Shown here piece after piece: positions 1 through 12,920 of a DNA stretch of 64,000 bases. The stretch comes from Felis catus (Eukaryota). Within the stretch, counting starts at the first letter, position 1; each line of letters begins with the position of its first letter. The position numbers and the translations under genes were made by a program. Below the pieces are notes generated by a model. The model was not told the origin of the DNA. It searched no databases and worked only from the letters and a program-made list of their open reading frames with translations. The stretch spans positions 161,822,001 to 161,886,000 of the forward strand of contig NC_058368.1 in NCBI RefSeq assembly GCF_018350175.1, written 5' to 3'.

Positions 1-734
1 TATGCGGCACAACTGCATGTTAATTGAGCTAATATCTGCTTTTATTCACTTTGTTTTCTTTCTTTGCTAAGAATCATTATTTTGGTCACAGCTTTGTTTG
101 AGCTTCTTTCTGGTAGTTTAAAATGTGAACTCATATTAACTATGCACAATTGCAAGTGGGCATGTAAAGACGGTTTCACATTACTGTCAATGCCGTTAGA
201 AACATCAGCTCTTAAGTACATAAAGTGTGGCTCCTACCTTTATAAAGGTGCATGTATTTTCAAGAAATAACATATCTATTGTTTGATTGCTCTTTTATTT
301 AAATTGTGATCTTTACTTAATGAAAAATAATTCAAGCTTATTAAAAACAAAAATATACAAAGAAGAATATATTTGTATAATTTGTATAAGAATATACAAA
401 TAATGAAAAAGAGAAAACTATGATCAATTTTAGGAAAAATTTGCTTATGACAAGAGAGATTGTTATATGGCTATTGTTTTGAAAGCTTTGCAAATTCATG
501 AGACAACAAGGAAAAAAGCCTTTTTTTTATTTTGCTCAAATGTTTCAAACAGAGAAAATTTATAGAATGTCAACATAAAATTGACACAAAAAACATTAGT
601 TGCATTCACTGGCTTAGTAGCATAGTATTACTGTAGGAAGGACAGAAAATAGATAATAAATTAAATAAGGTTCTTAATCATTATTTGTCCTAAAGAAGTG
701 AATAGTAGGGGTGTAGAAAACACTTAAAGGAATG

Positions 735-1290
735 TATAAGTCAGTTTCCAATAAAAATACACAAACCAATATAGGTATTTTAATTTAAGGGTATTTAATA
801 CAGCAAATTGATTACATAGGTGATGGAGAAAATAAGAAGTCACACACACACACACACACACATACACACACACACACACACATGTTAAAACAACCCAGAG
901 ATGAGCAATAGTAAGAAATAAATACTACTTTTAGGCTGAAGGGACACAGGGAGACTATGTTGTCACAAGTATCCAGAAGTCTGGGCTCAAAGGAGGTTGG
1001 AAATATAGTGGAAGAGGTTATCTAGTAAAGAAGCTTGGATCACACAAGGAGGTGTGTTATAGCAGTCATTGGAAACCACAAATGATAAGAAGCCACTGAT
1101 CCAAATAACAGAGAGAGAGGTAGGGGCATATGTAAGTCTGGTTTTCCTTTCTCTGACCTCTTATCAAGGTTCCCAATGGCCGAATCTAGTTATAAACCAT
1201 AAACCACTTGGGAAGAGAATCTGGTAAGTGGACAGTCTGAAGAATAAAGGAAGAGGGTGAAACTAAGGGAAGAAGGCAAATTGCTGTTAG
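735..1290 (-). mobile_element. Ancient MaLR LTR (MLT1M/N-like), interrupted by a CA repeat
   Basis: Starts tgtataagtcag, then ggtatttaatacag...attgattacataggtgatggag, resembling the reverse strand of old MLT1 LTRs; highly diverged, ends approximate. Confidence 0.45.
841..882. repeat. (CA)n microsatellite
   Basis: About 21 CA units with one TA interruption. Confidence 0.97.
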
Positions 1291-1394
1291 GAATTAAGAC
1301 CAAGCTATATACATATACCTTTTGAATGCATTTCTTACCAAATTACATTTTTAATGGGACAGTTTAAATTTGATTATCTTGGTCTAAAAGCATA

Positions 1395-2646
1395 TTGGAA
1401 TATGGAAAAATAGAGATGACATACTTTTTACTATTTCTTCCAAAAAGCATAACTAAATACACCAGACATTATACTTAAATGTAAGGAGAATCTAAAACAT
1501 GGGGAGAAGAGGCAGACTGAATGAAGTCAAGACCCAGAAATGACATGATGGTGAGTCCTGTGGATTTTGTTTTGGCCTCATATATCTCATACTTCAACCT
1601 GAAGAAGCTGGAAACCCCAGAAAACCAAAAGGTACTGCCAAAAAAATACCCTCAACAAGCCTGCTCTCTTGAGTAGGGCTGAAAAGGGGACAGCCTAGCA
1701 AGACAGAAAACTTTTAGACAAGAATGCCTCTATTTTAGCCAAATACCATAGAATATACTGTGACACCATCTCCATCCATGACAATAAATTTTCACCCTTG
1801 GGAAGCTGTACTGAAGTACCCCAACATTTCCTTTGGGGTAACGTGGAGAAAGTCAAATAGAGGTCTGAAACGTATCCCAGCTACCTGGTTAACAAAGCCC
1901 TTCTCCAACATAGTGTCAGTAGGGACCCTGTGGGAAACCTAAACTTCCACCCCCACAAACATCAATGAATGACCCCTCCCCTCTTCCTCTGGAGTATTCT
2001 CAACAGGGACCCGATGGAAAGCTGGGCTTTCACCATCACACAAGAATAATGAGGCCACAATCACCACAGTGTCAGTGGAGACCACATTAGGAGTCAGAAC
2101 CCCAGTCGCCTCCCAGAGGTAGCAAGGAGCTCCTGCCTTGGGTGTCAACAGAGGCCAAATGAGGAATCTGGACTTCTATATCCACCTGGAAGTTATGAGG
2201 TAATAGAGCCAAAACTCAGAGCCAGCTTAAGCAAAGGGTTATATAAGATGTGTAGTTTCACATCATAAAAAGAAAATGTCCAGAAAGATATTATATCCAG
2301 ATTCTTGTAAGAGGAAAGTCCATAAAAATTAATTCTTCATACTAAGAACCTGGACTATATGGGAAAAAAAAGGCAATCAACATATGCCAACACAGAGATG
2401 ACAGAGATTCACTCTTTATCTGACAGATTTAAAATAGCTATGATTTTTTTAAAACTTTCAATGAGCAATTTTAGAAATCCCTGAAACTGGGGTGCCTGGG
2501 TGGCTCAGTTGGTTAAGTGTCTGACATAGGCTCAGATCAGGATCTCATGACTGTTGAGTTTGAGGCCTGCCTTGGGCTCGGTGCTGACAGCTCAGAGCCT
2601 GGAGCCTGCTTCTGATTCTGTGTCCTCCTTTCTACCCCTTCCCCAC

Positions 2647-2685
<39 letters not shown>

Positions 2686-4506
2686 CTCTGTCTCTCAAAA
2701 ATGAACATTAAAAAAAGAAAAAAAATAAAATACCTGAAACAAATAAAAAAAGAAAAGAAAGCCTCATCAAAGAAATACAAAACCTCAACAAAGAAATAGA
2801 AGAGATAAAGAGTACCCAAGTGGGAATTTTATAACTGTAAAGTAAAATTTAAAAAAAACTAAATTCTCAGTGAATGGACTTGACAGAAGAATATAGGAGG
2901 CAGGTGAAAGAATCACTGAATTATAAGGTGAAATGATAGAAATTATACAATCTGAAAACAGAAAAATTAAACTGAAAAGAAAATTAACAAAAGCTGCAGA
3001 AACCTTCTGGCCTGTAACAGAAGATCTAACAGTTACATAATGAGAGTCTTGGTAGAAGAGAAAGAGGGAAGGGCTATGAATGTACTTCAAGAAAAAAAAT
3101 ATATAAAAACTTCTCCAATTTGGCAAGAGACATAAACCTATAGTTAAAATCCAGGAAATCTTTGGATAAAATCAAAGGCATCCATGCTAAGACAGATTAC
3201 AATTAAAACTCTGGAAACTAGACAGAAAGAAAAAATATTGAAAGTAGAGAAAAAAGACAGGTTATATATAGGGAAAAACAGTAAGAATGAAAGCAGATTT
3301 CTCACCAGAAACTATGGTGAAAGTGACAAATGCTTTTCATGTGCTGCAACAAAAGAATTGCCAAGCCAGAATCCTGTACCTAGCAAAAATGTCCTTCAAG
3401 AATGAGGGGAAAATCAATATGCTCCAAAAATTAGGAAAACTAAGATAATTTGTGAGGAGAAGACGTGTACTGATGTAATAGTTAAAGGAAGTTCTCTAAA
3501 TAAAAGGTAACACTGAAAGAAGGAAACTGGGACCATCATGAAGGAAAAAATATCATGGTAAGCAAAAATATAGGTAAGCAAAAGGTTTCTCTTATAGTCT
3601 GAGTTCTCCAAATTACATTGGAAGGTTGAAGTAAGAGTTAGAACTCTGTTTGTCATGGTTCTAAATGTATGTATAACCACTGGGGAAATGCAGATTAAAA
3701 ACAATGAGATATCACTACACACCCATGAGAACAGCTAAAATAATAAAAAAAATCGTGACAACACCAAACATTAGCAAGGATTCAGAAACCTGGATACAGT
3801 GCTGGTGGAAATGAGAATGTAAAATGGCACAACCATTCTGGAAAACAGTTTAGCATTTTCTTTAAACAAACAAACATGTAAAAATGAAATGTCGAACTTT
3901 CAAAACCTAGGAATTGCAGTTTTCTAGACATTTAAAGAAGAGAAATAAATCACACACCGAAAAAAGCTATAGAGGAATTTTTATAGCAACTTTATTTTTA
4001 ATAGCCCAAACATGAAACAATGTAGATGTCTTTTGTGGGGTTAAGCTGTTTTGCATTTATATCATTGAATACTACTCACCAATTCAAAAGAACAAACTAA
4101 TGATAAACAGAATAACCTGGATGAATCTCCAAAGATTTACTCTGAGTGACAAAATCTAAGCCCTCCAAACTATATACCCTATATTCCATTTATACAGCAT
4201 TATTAATATAACAAAATTATAGAAAAGGGGAACAGATTAGTGGTTGCCAAGGGTTAAAAAGGGCGTGAGGGTGAAAGGGAAGTAAATGTAGCTATAAAGA
4301 AGTAAACTGAGGGGTCCTTTTGGTGATGTAAATGTTCTGTATGTGGACACTATCAATGTTAAATATTTCGACTGTGATATTTTACAGTAGTTTTGGAAGA
4401 TGAGAATTTGGGGGAAACTAGGTCAGGTGTATATGGGATCTGTTAGTATTTCTTAAAAATGCATGTGACTCGACAATTATCTCTAAATAACAAATTTAAT
4501 TTTAAA
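1395..4506 (+). mobile_element. Old L1 (L1MD-like): 5'UTR + decayed ORF1 + ORF2 C-terminus + 3'UTR, most of ORF2 absent
   Basis: ORF1 relic about 2380-3500 (LRQITIKTLETRQKEKILK resembles PRHIIIKL..KEKILK; gcagatttctcaccagaaactatgg). ORF2 C-terminal motif from about 3682 (GEMQIK-TMRYHYTPMRTA). 3'UTR ends tgcatgtgactcgacaattatctctaaataa. Confidence 0.85.
2489..2727 (+). mobile_element. Carnivore tRNA-derived SINE (SINEC_Fc-like) inserted in L1 ORF1
   Basis: ggggtgcctgggtggctcag head, (CT)n tract, A-tail; TSD aaat(c/a)cctgaaac. Confidence 0.95.
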
Positions 4507-4880
4507 ATATTTTGAATTATAAAGGGAAAATGATTATTCTCGAATCATGAGTTATAAACAAGTAATTAAATTAATCACACGTATTTTAATGTTACTTTTA
4601 TTATGAAAACCAGGAATTCTTTCCAAATATAATTTTCAGAAAAATAATTGTCATGAGACATGAACATAATTCTTTTTCTTATATTTCCTTTTTTTTGGGG
4701 GGGGTTCCTCCCCCCCCTCCCCGCCATAGAATCAGTGATAAGGATACTATCAGAGTCATAACTAGGCTTGGCTAAATTACATGAAGCATAGATGGAACAT
4801 TAATCAGTAGAAGAGATCATTGTTTGTAGAAACTATTACTTTGCCATAGGCCATACAAATTTGTTAAATGTCAGCATCAC

Positions 4881-5477
4881 TGTGATAACTTTGAAATACA
4901 TCAAATCGGCTAGACTGAACTATATTTCCCAGAATGCATTTCTTATATGTTTCCATTTGGGGGGTTGGACACATTGTTAGATTTGGAGGATAGAGGGAGC
5001 AATAGCTATTTAATTTTATTTCATGGAGCACCCATCTATGTGCACACATGCACTTTGTGTATTTGCTGATTCACTTTGTTGACATGAAGCAGCAGTGGGC
5101 CTGCAATCACTCTCTTACCTAGATCCTCTTTTACTTCTCTAACTACTCGGCCATGTATATGTTCAGTTTTATGGTAAAAGACTCTGGACAGTGATTTCTT
5201 CAAAATAAGCTTGTCACTCTGGGTAAAGGCAATAATAAGGGACACAGATTTTAGTCCCTCCTTGAGTGCCAGCTACTGCCAGTGGGTTCCAGTCCTTAGT
5301 AATTTTTCTTTCCTTATTGCCTGTCCTGTGTATTTCAAGCTTCCTTATCTGTTGCTGAGACAACAGCCTTACAAAGTCCTCTTAACTAACTTTCTCAACT
5401 GTGTAAACCAATTCTCTGTAACAAATCCTGTGATATCTCCTACTAGTCTCTAGATGAACTCTGACTGATCTGATACA
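4881..5477 (+). mobile_element. ERVL-class solo LTR (LTR33/LTR16-like)
   Basis: TG...CA termini (tgtgata...ctgataca), motif aactatatttcccagaat, 3' gaactctgactga; 5-bp flanks atcac/gtcac fit a TSD with one mismatch. Confidence 0.7.
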
Positions 5478-7367
5478 GTCACGTTAGAACAGTTTTAAAT
5501 AATTATTACCTTTCTATAAATTTTCTTTAGAGAGATATGTTTCATTTGATATGTCCTCATTTATTGAGACATATGACATTACTAATATGAATAATGCTTT
5601 ATACCAAGATAATTTAAATATATTAAGAGGCTAAAAAATAAGCACTTAAGGAGTGAGAAATATCTGTGGTACAAATTTAAGTTAGAAATCACTCTGTAAT
5701 TTTATTATTCATATATGCAATGACTTTGTTTTAACATATGAGCTAAATCTAATGAAAAGGATAATTTAGTACTTAGAAAGTATAATAAGATGTTGATTGT
5801 GTTTTAAATGTACAAGCCATTACAATATTAAAAACTGCCAACTCTATATGAAACACACTGAGAGTTAAACTCAAAAGTATTAATTTTGGAAAGTTTACAG
5901 ATAGGACTTCAAAGGACTACTTACTTGCTTCATAGGAATGTTGAAATTCCAAAATAGATATTGACCATCCCTAACTTCCTTTTACCCTGCTCTGAGCCAG
6001 CATCTATAATTGTGGATTGTAAATTGTCTGAACATCACAACCATGCATAGTTTGAACATGGAAAAAATTAATGTGGAATTTTGCAAGAGTTGCATTTTTG
6101 GTGGATCAGTATTTCTTCTCTCTAAAACCAAAATTGTAACCCTATCACCTTCAGACTCTGTGAGAGGATTTGACTTTTTTTGTATCTTCACATGAAGCTT
6201 GGGCTGAATTTCAGATGATCAACAACACACCATACATAGTCAAATATTAACTTTACTTGAAGTTGCATAGCTGTGAGAAAATGGACTTATACTATAGACT
6301 TCTCTTTATTTCATGATCGGAATAAGGTTCACATTTTGATTATATTTTTCAGTATATTTGACTGAACAAAGGAATAGCCATGTTTTGTTTCACGCTTCTT
6401 TGAAGGACAGACCCATGACTTATCCATTCAACCAAACTATTCAGAACATGGGCCACAGTTCATAAGGCCATCTAAAGTACTCTTGTATAATGCAATTTTT
6501 TTTCTCTTCTTTTCCTGTAAAATGTCATAACCACCTATTTCTCCACTCTCAAAATGTCCATTTTCAAAAAATTTTAAATCATGTTTGTCTTAAAAAGATG
6601 TACCCTTTTAAGACAATAATACCTTTAGTAGCAGAGCCCTCCCTACACCTGTCATTTTTGAATCTTTGGTAACCGTCAAGGTGATTGATACTACAGCGAT
6701 AAAAATAGTTGTGCAATGATGGAATAATATGAATGAACATATAAATGAGAGTAGTCATTTATTTGATTTGCCAGAAATTACCTAATCCTCTGAAATCTCT
6801 ACTAACTCCTCTGTGTTACATGTTTTTGTGAACCACCTTAACTCTTTCAGGAAGTCTCATTCACATACTGATGAGGTGGTAGGCATTAAATAAGATGGAT
6901 GTGCATATATGTTCATCAGTTCAAGGACTCTCCAAGATTAGTACCCTAAATCTTTTTGTGAATCATTTTTTTCTGATTATTTTATTATTCTGTTTTGCTA
7001 TTCTCAGATCTGCCACTCTCCCAGCCTAGTTTCGTTCTTGTTCCTGGTTATTTCACTGGGAATATTCAATAAACAAGACTAAGCTTGTGATCAGTGAGCC
7101 ATATTCTGGTAGAATATACTAGAAAAATGTGCCCTAATTACACACAGCTAGTAGTAAATTGGACTGTATCAATACAAAAGAACTAGAAATAATATAAGTA
7201 GCTCAGTAGCAAATACAATTTTTAGACAGATAAGTAATTATTACATTGATCAAAATGACACAAACTTTATATGTAAAAAAGAACTGATAGACTGGGCTTT
7301 GGTCATTTTTTTTGCTGGTAACACTTCAAAAAAGCTGAGAAAATATTTAATCTACAAAGGTCACGTG

Positions 7368-7490
7368 GGGATTGTTCAATTGCAGTTCAATTGTTCAATT
7401 CAGTAGGTCTGAGGTGGGCATTCTGCATTTCTCAAAGTCTGCCAGGTGATGCTGATGCTCATCTTCTGACTACTGTTATAGCATCAAGGT
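7368..7490. mobile_element. MER5A-like hAT-Charlie DNA transposon fragment
   Basis: attcagtaggtctgaggtggg...tgcatttctcaaag...ccaggtgatgctgatgct matches the MER5 core. Confidence 0.75.
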
Positions 7491-7574
7491 CCTAATACAC
7501 TGATTTTCTTTTAATGTAGTCAAATAACAACACAAAAATATTTTATTTTAATCTATCTCTAATTTACTTTTAAA

Positions 7575-7700
7575 AATATACATATCTAGAATATATATCC
7601 ATATATAACTATTTAATATATATATATATATATAACCTATATCTAATATATCCATTATCTGACATAATAAATCTATATTTAATATAGTATAGGTATATTA
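7575..7700. repeat. TA-rich low-complexity tract
   Basis: Degenerate (TA)n. Confidence 0.75.
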
Positions 7701-7885
7701 AGTAATTATTCTAATATATCTCCTACGAAATAATCACAGATCATTTTAATGTTAATAGCAATAATACACATACACAAGATAATACATACAACCAACATTC
7801 AATGTTAGATTCAATTTCAGATATATGTTTCTTTATTCAGTTTTCACTTATATCATATGTAGTTATTTTTAGAATGCCATTTTCA

Positions 7886-8105
7886 TTTTTTTTTAATTTT
7901 TTTAACGTTTATTTATTTTTGAGACAGAGAGAGATAGAGCATGAACGGGGTGGGTCAGAGACAGAGGGAGACACAGAATCTGAAACAGGCTCCAGGCTCT
8001 GAGCTGTCAGCACAGAGCCGGACGCTGGCCTCGAACTCACTGGCCGCGAGATTGTGACCTGAGCCGAAGTCAGATGCCTAGCCAACTGAGCCACCCAGGC
8101 GCCCC
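7886..8105 (-). mobile_element. SINEC_Fc-like SINE
   Basis: Poly-T, aacgtttatttatttttgagacagag, ends ctgagccacccaggcgcccc; short tcattttt flanks. Confidence 0.96.
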
Positions 8106-8633
8106 TCATTTTTTTATATTTTCATGTTTTCCGATAGAGTATGCTGGAGTGTAAAATTACAGACAAGATATTCTTCCATTAGTTTCCCTGTAAAAGGTCT
8201 TGTATAAAACTACAAGGGAACTATATTAGAATTGTATTTATAATAATCAGTAGAGTGTAGCAGTGATGTAACTGTATGAAAATGTTAATAGCTTAAAGTT
8301 CCTTAGACCAGCTTCTCTTCAGTTATTCATCATTCTGGTGATATTTTTACTTTTGTGGTGTCCCCAGAAAATCAGATAGTAGTGATTCCTGGCTCAGCAA
8401 GAAACCAGAGCTCCACCTAGGGGTAAAATCCCAGGCTGAGATCTAGAAAGGGAGTGTTGTAGCCCATAACAACTTACTTTATGCAACTGACAGATAGAAA
8501 TTGGTGAGGGAATATAAACTTGTATATGAAAAATCATTTTTTACCATTTTATTTTATTTTCTTGTACTTTGAAAACAAAATAGATGATCACTACTGCAAT
8601 GCATTGTTTTTAAAAAAAGAAATACTCTGTAGT

Positions 8634-8748
8634 GCACTTGTGATGAACACCAGTATTGTATGTAAGTGTTGAATCACCTGAAGCTAATATGACCATATGT
8701 TAATTAACTGGAATTTAAATGAAAACTAAAAACAAAACAAAACAAAAA
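8634..8748 (+). mobile_element. Carnivore L1 3' terminal fragment (5'-truncated)
   Basis: gcacttgtgatgaacacc...tgttaattaactggaatttaaat plus A-rich tail. Confidence 0.8.
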
Positions 8749-8854
8749 CTTCTCTGTGTAAACTTTTCAAGAAGCAAACTGTTTTTCAAAGTAATTTAAA
8801 TAATACATCAGAAATGGGTAGTTAGGTTTCAATTTCACAATATTAACAGCAGTA

Positions 8855-9043
8855 GGGATGCCTGGGTGTCTTATTTGGTTAAATGTCCAACTGTTGATCT
8901 CAGCTCAGATCATGATCTCACGTTTTGTGAGATTGAGCCCCTCTTCGGGCTCTGTGCTAACAGTGGGGAGCCTGCTTGGAATTCTCTCTCTCCCTCCCTC
9001 TCTGCCTCTCCTCCCCTCAAAATAAATAAACCTTAAAAAAAAA
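8855..9043 (+). mobile_element. SINEC (Fc2-like) SINE
   Basis: gggatgcctgggtg head; gagcctgcttggaattctctctc; aataaataaa tail. Confidence 0.93.
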
Positions 9044-9498
9044 GATAAATTTATAAGTTCTAGAGTTGTCCAGTTTACTAACCTTTTACAAATCCTGCTG
9101 AAAACTATATATCATGAAATTTAAATTTTGGGGCCAGGAGCTATTTGTTTAACCTAAAGTCATGTTACGTACAATTCGTATTTTTACTAGATTACCTTGA
9201 AGACACAAGTTGTTTCAAGTCTCTTTACATTTGTAGAATTTATCTAGAACACTGTACGTTTCTCAGTAGAATTAAATAATCTCAACCTCTCATCTTTGAT
9301 TAATAGCTAATTAAGTCTTTTTAATAATAGTACCTACTTTGTTTTTACGCATACAGTTTATCTGACCAAAACATAATTAGAACCACATTTTCTCCAAGTC
9401 ATGTAAATTTTCTAAGGTGCTTGGCAGCACCCTGTACCTTGTGGAATACTCAGTACCTTTTGTTTGATGTTACTGATAAAATCTAAGAAGTAATCCCA

Positions 9499-9711
9499 GG
9501 GTGCCTGGGTGGCTCGGTTGGTTAGGCCTCCGACTTTGGTTCAGGTCATGATCTTGCGGTTTGTGAGTTCAAGCCCGGTGTCGGGCTCTGTGCTGGCAGC
9601 TCGGAGCCTGGAGCCTGCTTCGGATTCTGTTTCTCCCTCTCTTTGCCCCTCCCATGCTCATGCTCAGTCTCTCTCTGTCTCTCAATAATAAATGTTAAAA
9701 AAATGATTTAA
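9499..9711 (+). mobile_element. SINEC_Fc-like SINE
   Basis: Full head-to-tail; 20-bp TSD aaaatctaagaa(g/a)taatccc at 9478-9497 and 9712-9731. Confidence 0.97.
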
Positions 9712-11142
9712 AAAATCTAAGAAATAATCCCTTAAAATACCGACTATTAAAACACAGCAAAACTGAAAAACAAATCAGAACTTAAAGTGTACTTGATTCT
9801 GTTAACTGAGTATAAAGAATAACAACAACAAAATAGTGGCCTAGAAATCCCAAGACTAGGCTTCTTATTTCTGCTTTTAATTACGCAGCAAATTTCAATG
9901 AATGATTTACATACTGGTATGTTGTACCTTTCTCTTGGAAGTTACATTCCTCATTAGTATATTATATACACTGAGGTACCTGGAGTCAGGAAATCTGTTC
10001 AGTCTTTCTTAGTTCATATTTTATAAACTCATTTCACAAAGGAATCAACAATTTGTTTCACCCATTAATGTTCTTTACAAAAAGTGTATTTTGTGTACAA
10101 TATTTAAACACTGCACTAAGAAGCACATGAGAGCCATTTTATAACGAAGAGATAAATCATTGCAAAAGAGTAGGAAAAAAAATGTAGGCTTGGGGAGATA
10201 CTTTAAGCAATGTCACAAAGCTCTATATCCCTAGGAAATAAGAGGAAAGTATAGAATAGATTATAAGATTTATCAAGAATACAGGGAGAAGAGGTTTATC
10301 ATTCAATGCTTTTCTTTCACCAGTAATTCTTATGGTAGAGATACAAGCATTTCCAGACTCTACTGTTAAGGACTAAAACCACAAAACTAATTATAAGCTA
10401 TTATGTCTTTGACAGAGAAAAGAAAATCTGAGAAAAAATACAAAACCCCTCTAACTTCTTTAGATACATCCAGAATTAGGTGATTGAGTATTGCTTAAAA
10501 TTATTAGCTTTAGGTATGAAGCATGAACGATAATGCAGTTCAAATATATATTTCTAATGTTCTGTTTATATGGTCTGACCCGTAACTGTAGTTTTCAATT
10601 GTTTTCAAAAATCTAAAATTTGACCCAATGTTACTATCAAGGAATACTATTTTTAAGCTATTATTTTTATGAATATCTTGTGCTATATTTCCAAGAAATG
10701 TAGAAATTTAGAATGGTAAGATATCACTTAAAGTTCTAAATCTTTACAGGTGCAATTTTCAGCACATAACAGCACATTTTCCTAATGTACTACTGTACGT
10801 ATTTTTGAAAATATAGACTCATATTTGACTTAGCTCAAATAGAATCACTTTTTATAGTTTTTATAAAAATACTTTATAACAGAATTCTTTTCAAGTAAAT
10901 GATATCTATCATCTTGTGCTACTCAAGCATATTCTTGTAGGAGACTATGGAACAGCTGGAAAAGTTTGTGAAAAATCAAACCATATGAAAATATTTTAAT
11001 GAGAATGATTATTTGTGTGGTCCTCGAATGTTAAAAAGAAAATTTCTCCTTTCATCTTCTTGAATCTTTGTCATATAACTTATCAGACCGCCCGTTGCCC
11101 ACTCCATTCCCTTCCCATGCTTCATCTCATTTTATCTTACTT

Positions 11143-11295
11143 CTTTTTTCTTTTTCAGGTTTTTATTTAAATTCTAGTTAGTTAGCATACAATGTAATAT
11201 TAGTTTCAGGTGTAGAATTTAAGGATTCGGTATTTACATACAACACCTAGTGCTCATCACAAGTGCCTTCCTTAATACCCGTCACCCATTTAACC
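11143..11295 (-). mobile_element. Carnivore L1 3' terminal fragment
   Basis: tttatttaaattctagttagttagcatac...caacacctagtgctcatcacaagtgcc is the reverse complement of an L1_Carn-type 3' end. Confidence 0.85.
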
Positions 11296-11912
11296 TTGTT
11301 TTAGATTTTGATAAAGAGGAGGAAAGCCACCTCTATCAACCACCTTCATATTGGTCAAAAGTATTCGTAGAATTCTCCAACATATGTCCAAAAATAAATT
11401 TATAAACCTAGGAGACTCAAGGGACTCTCACCACTTTCCCACCTTTCCACCCTTGCCACAAGCAGAAATATTTATGTACAATATGTGTGTACAGCTTTCT
11501 TTGTTTAACTTAATTACCATTTCCATTCAGATTTATTTGGGCTCTTAGGAAGCAATGACAATAGGGAAATGGGAGTGTCTAACTTTAGTGAAATTTAAAA
11601 TGGCTAAGCTTCAATTTCTGCCTTTTCTCAGTACTTTGGTTATATCCTGAATAGTCGACTGACTACCCAAAACAGCTGTTTTCCTGACACAAAGGTCAGG
11701 GAAGCTGTACGAATCACAGTAAGTGATGACAAAACCGCATGTAGTTCCACCTGCTAATTTGTCCTTTTTTATTTTATTTTATTTTTTCGACTTCAACTTC
11801 ATTTTCAGTTATCTTGTCTTTGAGGTTTTTATTTTTCCTTTCTCTAAAAGACCCTGAATCTGAAGACTTTAATGGTGTTTCTTTTCAGCCCTATTATTAT
11901 TTCCATATATAC

Positions 11913-11915
11913 CTA

Positions 11916-11957
<42 letters not shown>

Positions 11958-11977
11958 CCTATCTATATATATATATA
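11913..11977. repeat. (TATC)n tetranucleotide repeat with (TA)n end
   Basis: Direct reading. Confidence 0.95.
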
Positions 11978-12039
11978 ATTTACTTAGGTAAAAATGTCAA
12001 AGGAATATGATTTAGCTGCATTAATAAAATGAATGTATT

Positions 12040-12167
12040 GGGTGATTTAGTTGGTTAAGTGTCTGACTCTTGATCTCAGCTCAGGTCTTGATCTCAGGGT
12101 CGTGAGTTCAAGCCCCACATTGGAGTCTGTGCTGGGTATAAAGCCTACTTACAAAAAAAAAAAAAAG
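12040..12167 (+). mobile_element. Short SINEC lacking the (CT)n tract
   Basis: ttggttaagtgtctgactcttgatctcagctcagg...aagcctactt plus poly-A; TSD aata(a/g)aatgaat. Confidence 0.88.
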
Positions 12168-12390
12168 AATAGAATGAATAGACCATAATGTGAAAAGTTA
12201 TTTTAGGGTTCAGCACTAAATTATGCTTTACATGAGCAGTTAAAAATATCTATGTTAATAATGACAAATTATATTAAATGTATAAGCTTTCTTTCCCTAC
12301 ATTCATGAAAATTTAATGTTAAATCCTGGAAAGTAAAACATTTTCTTAAATTGAAATATTCTTATTTTAGAATCTTAGGAAATACAATTC

Positions 12391-12605
12391 TTTTTTTAAA
12401 TTTTTATATTTATTTATTTTTGAGACAGAGAGAACATGAGCAGGGGAGGGGCACAGAGAGAGAGAGACACACACAGAACCTGAAGCAGGCTCCAAGCTCC
12501 AACCTCTTAGCACAGAGCCAGACGTGGGGTTCAAACTCATGGATTGTGAGATCATGACCTGAGCCAAAGTCAGACACTTAACCAACTGAGCTACCGAAGC
12601 ACCCC
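12391..12605 (-). mobile_element. SINEC_Fc-like SINE
   Basis: Reverse-strand SINE; TSD ggaaataca(a/t)ttcttt. Confidence 0.95.
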
Positions 12606-12729
12606 ATGGAAATACATTTCTTTATATATGCCTAGGTACAAGAGAACGACCCCATGTTGTTGTTTTTTTTTGTTTTTTTTTTGTTTTTTTTTTTTTGCTA
12701 GGAGTATTAATAGATCAATGAAAAGAAAA

Positions 12730-12920
12730 TGAGAATTGGACCTGGAAACCATTGATTTGAGTTTTAGTTCTACCACTTACCAGCTATGTGATTTCATGGA
12801 CAAGATCTGTTCTCCATGGATTTGGTTCAAGTATAAAAAGGAACTGATATGTCAATAATACTTTCCCTACCCACATTAATAAAGTGCATTTAAATTAATA
12901 TATGTATAAGTACTAAGTAT
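12730..12920 (+). mobile_element. MIR SINE fragment
   Basis: ttctaccacttaccagctatgtgattt matches the MIR core. Confidence 0.7.

Noticed and set aside
2554..2819. ORFs with motifs such as GAWVAQSVK, LTAQSLEPASDSVS and ERERER (also at 7.9, 12.4, 16.3, 23.5, 24.0, 29.5, 43.6, 53.3, 55.2 and 60.7 kb)
   Set aside because: These are translations of SINE bodies and their (CT)n or A-rich tails; recurrence reflects the repeat, not a protein family
3184..3405. L1 ORF1-like peptide as a functional CDS (likewise 39793-40002)
   Set aside because: Short in-frame pieces of a frameshifted, stop-riddled L1 relic
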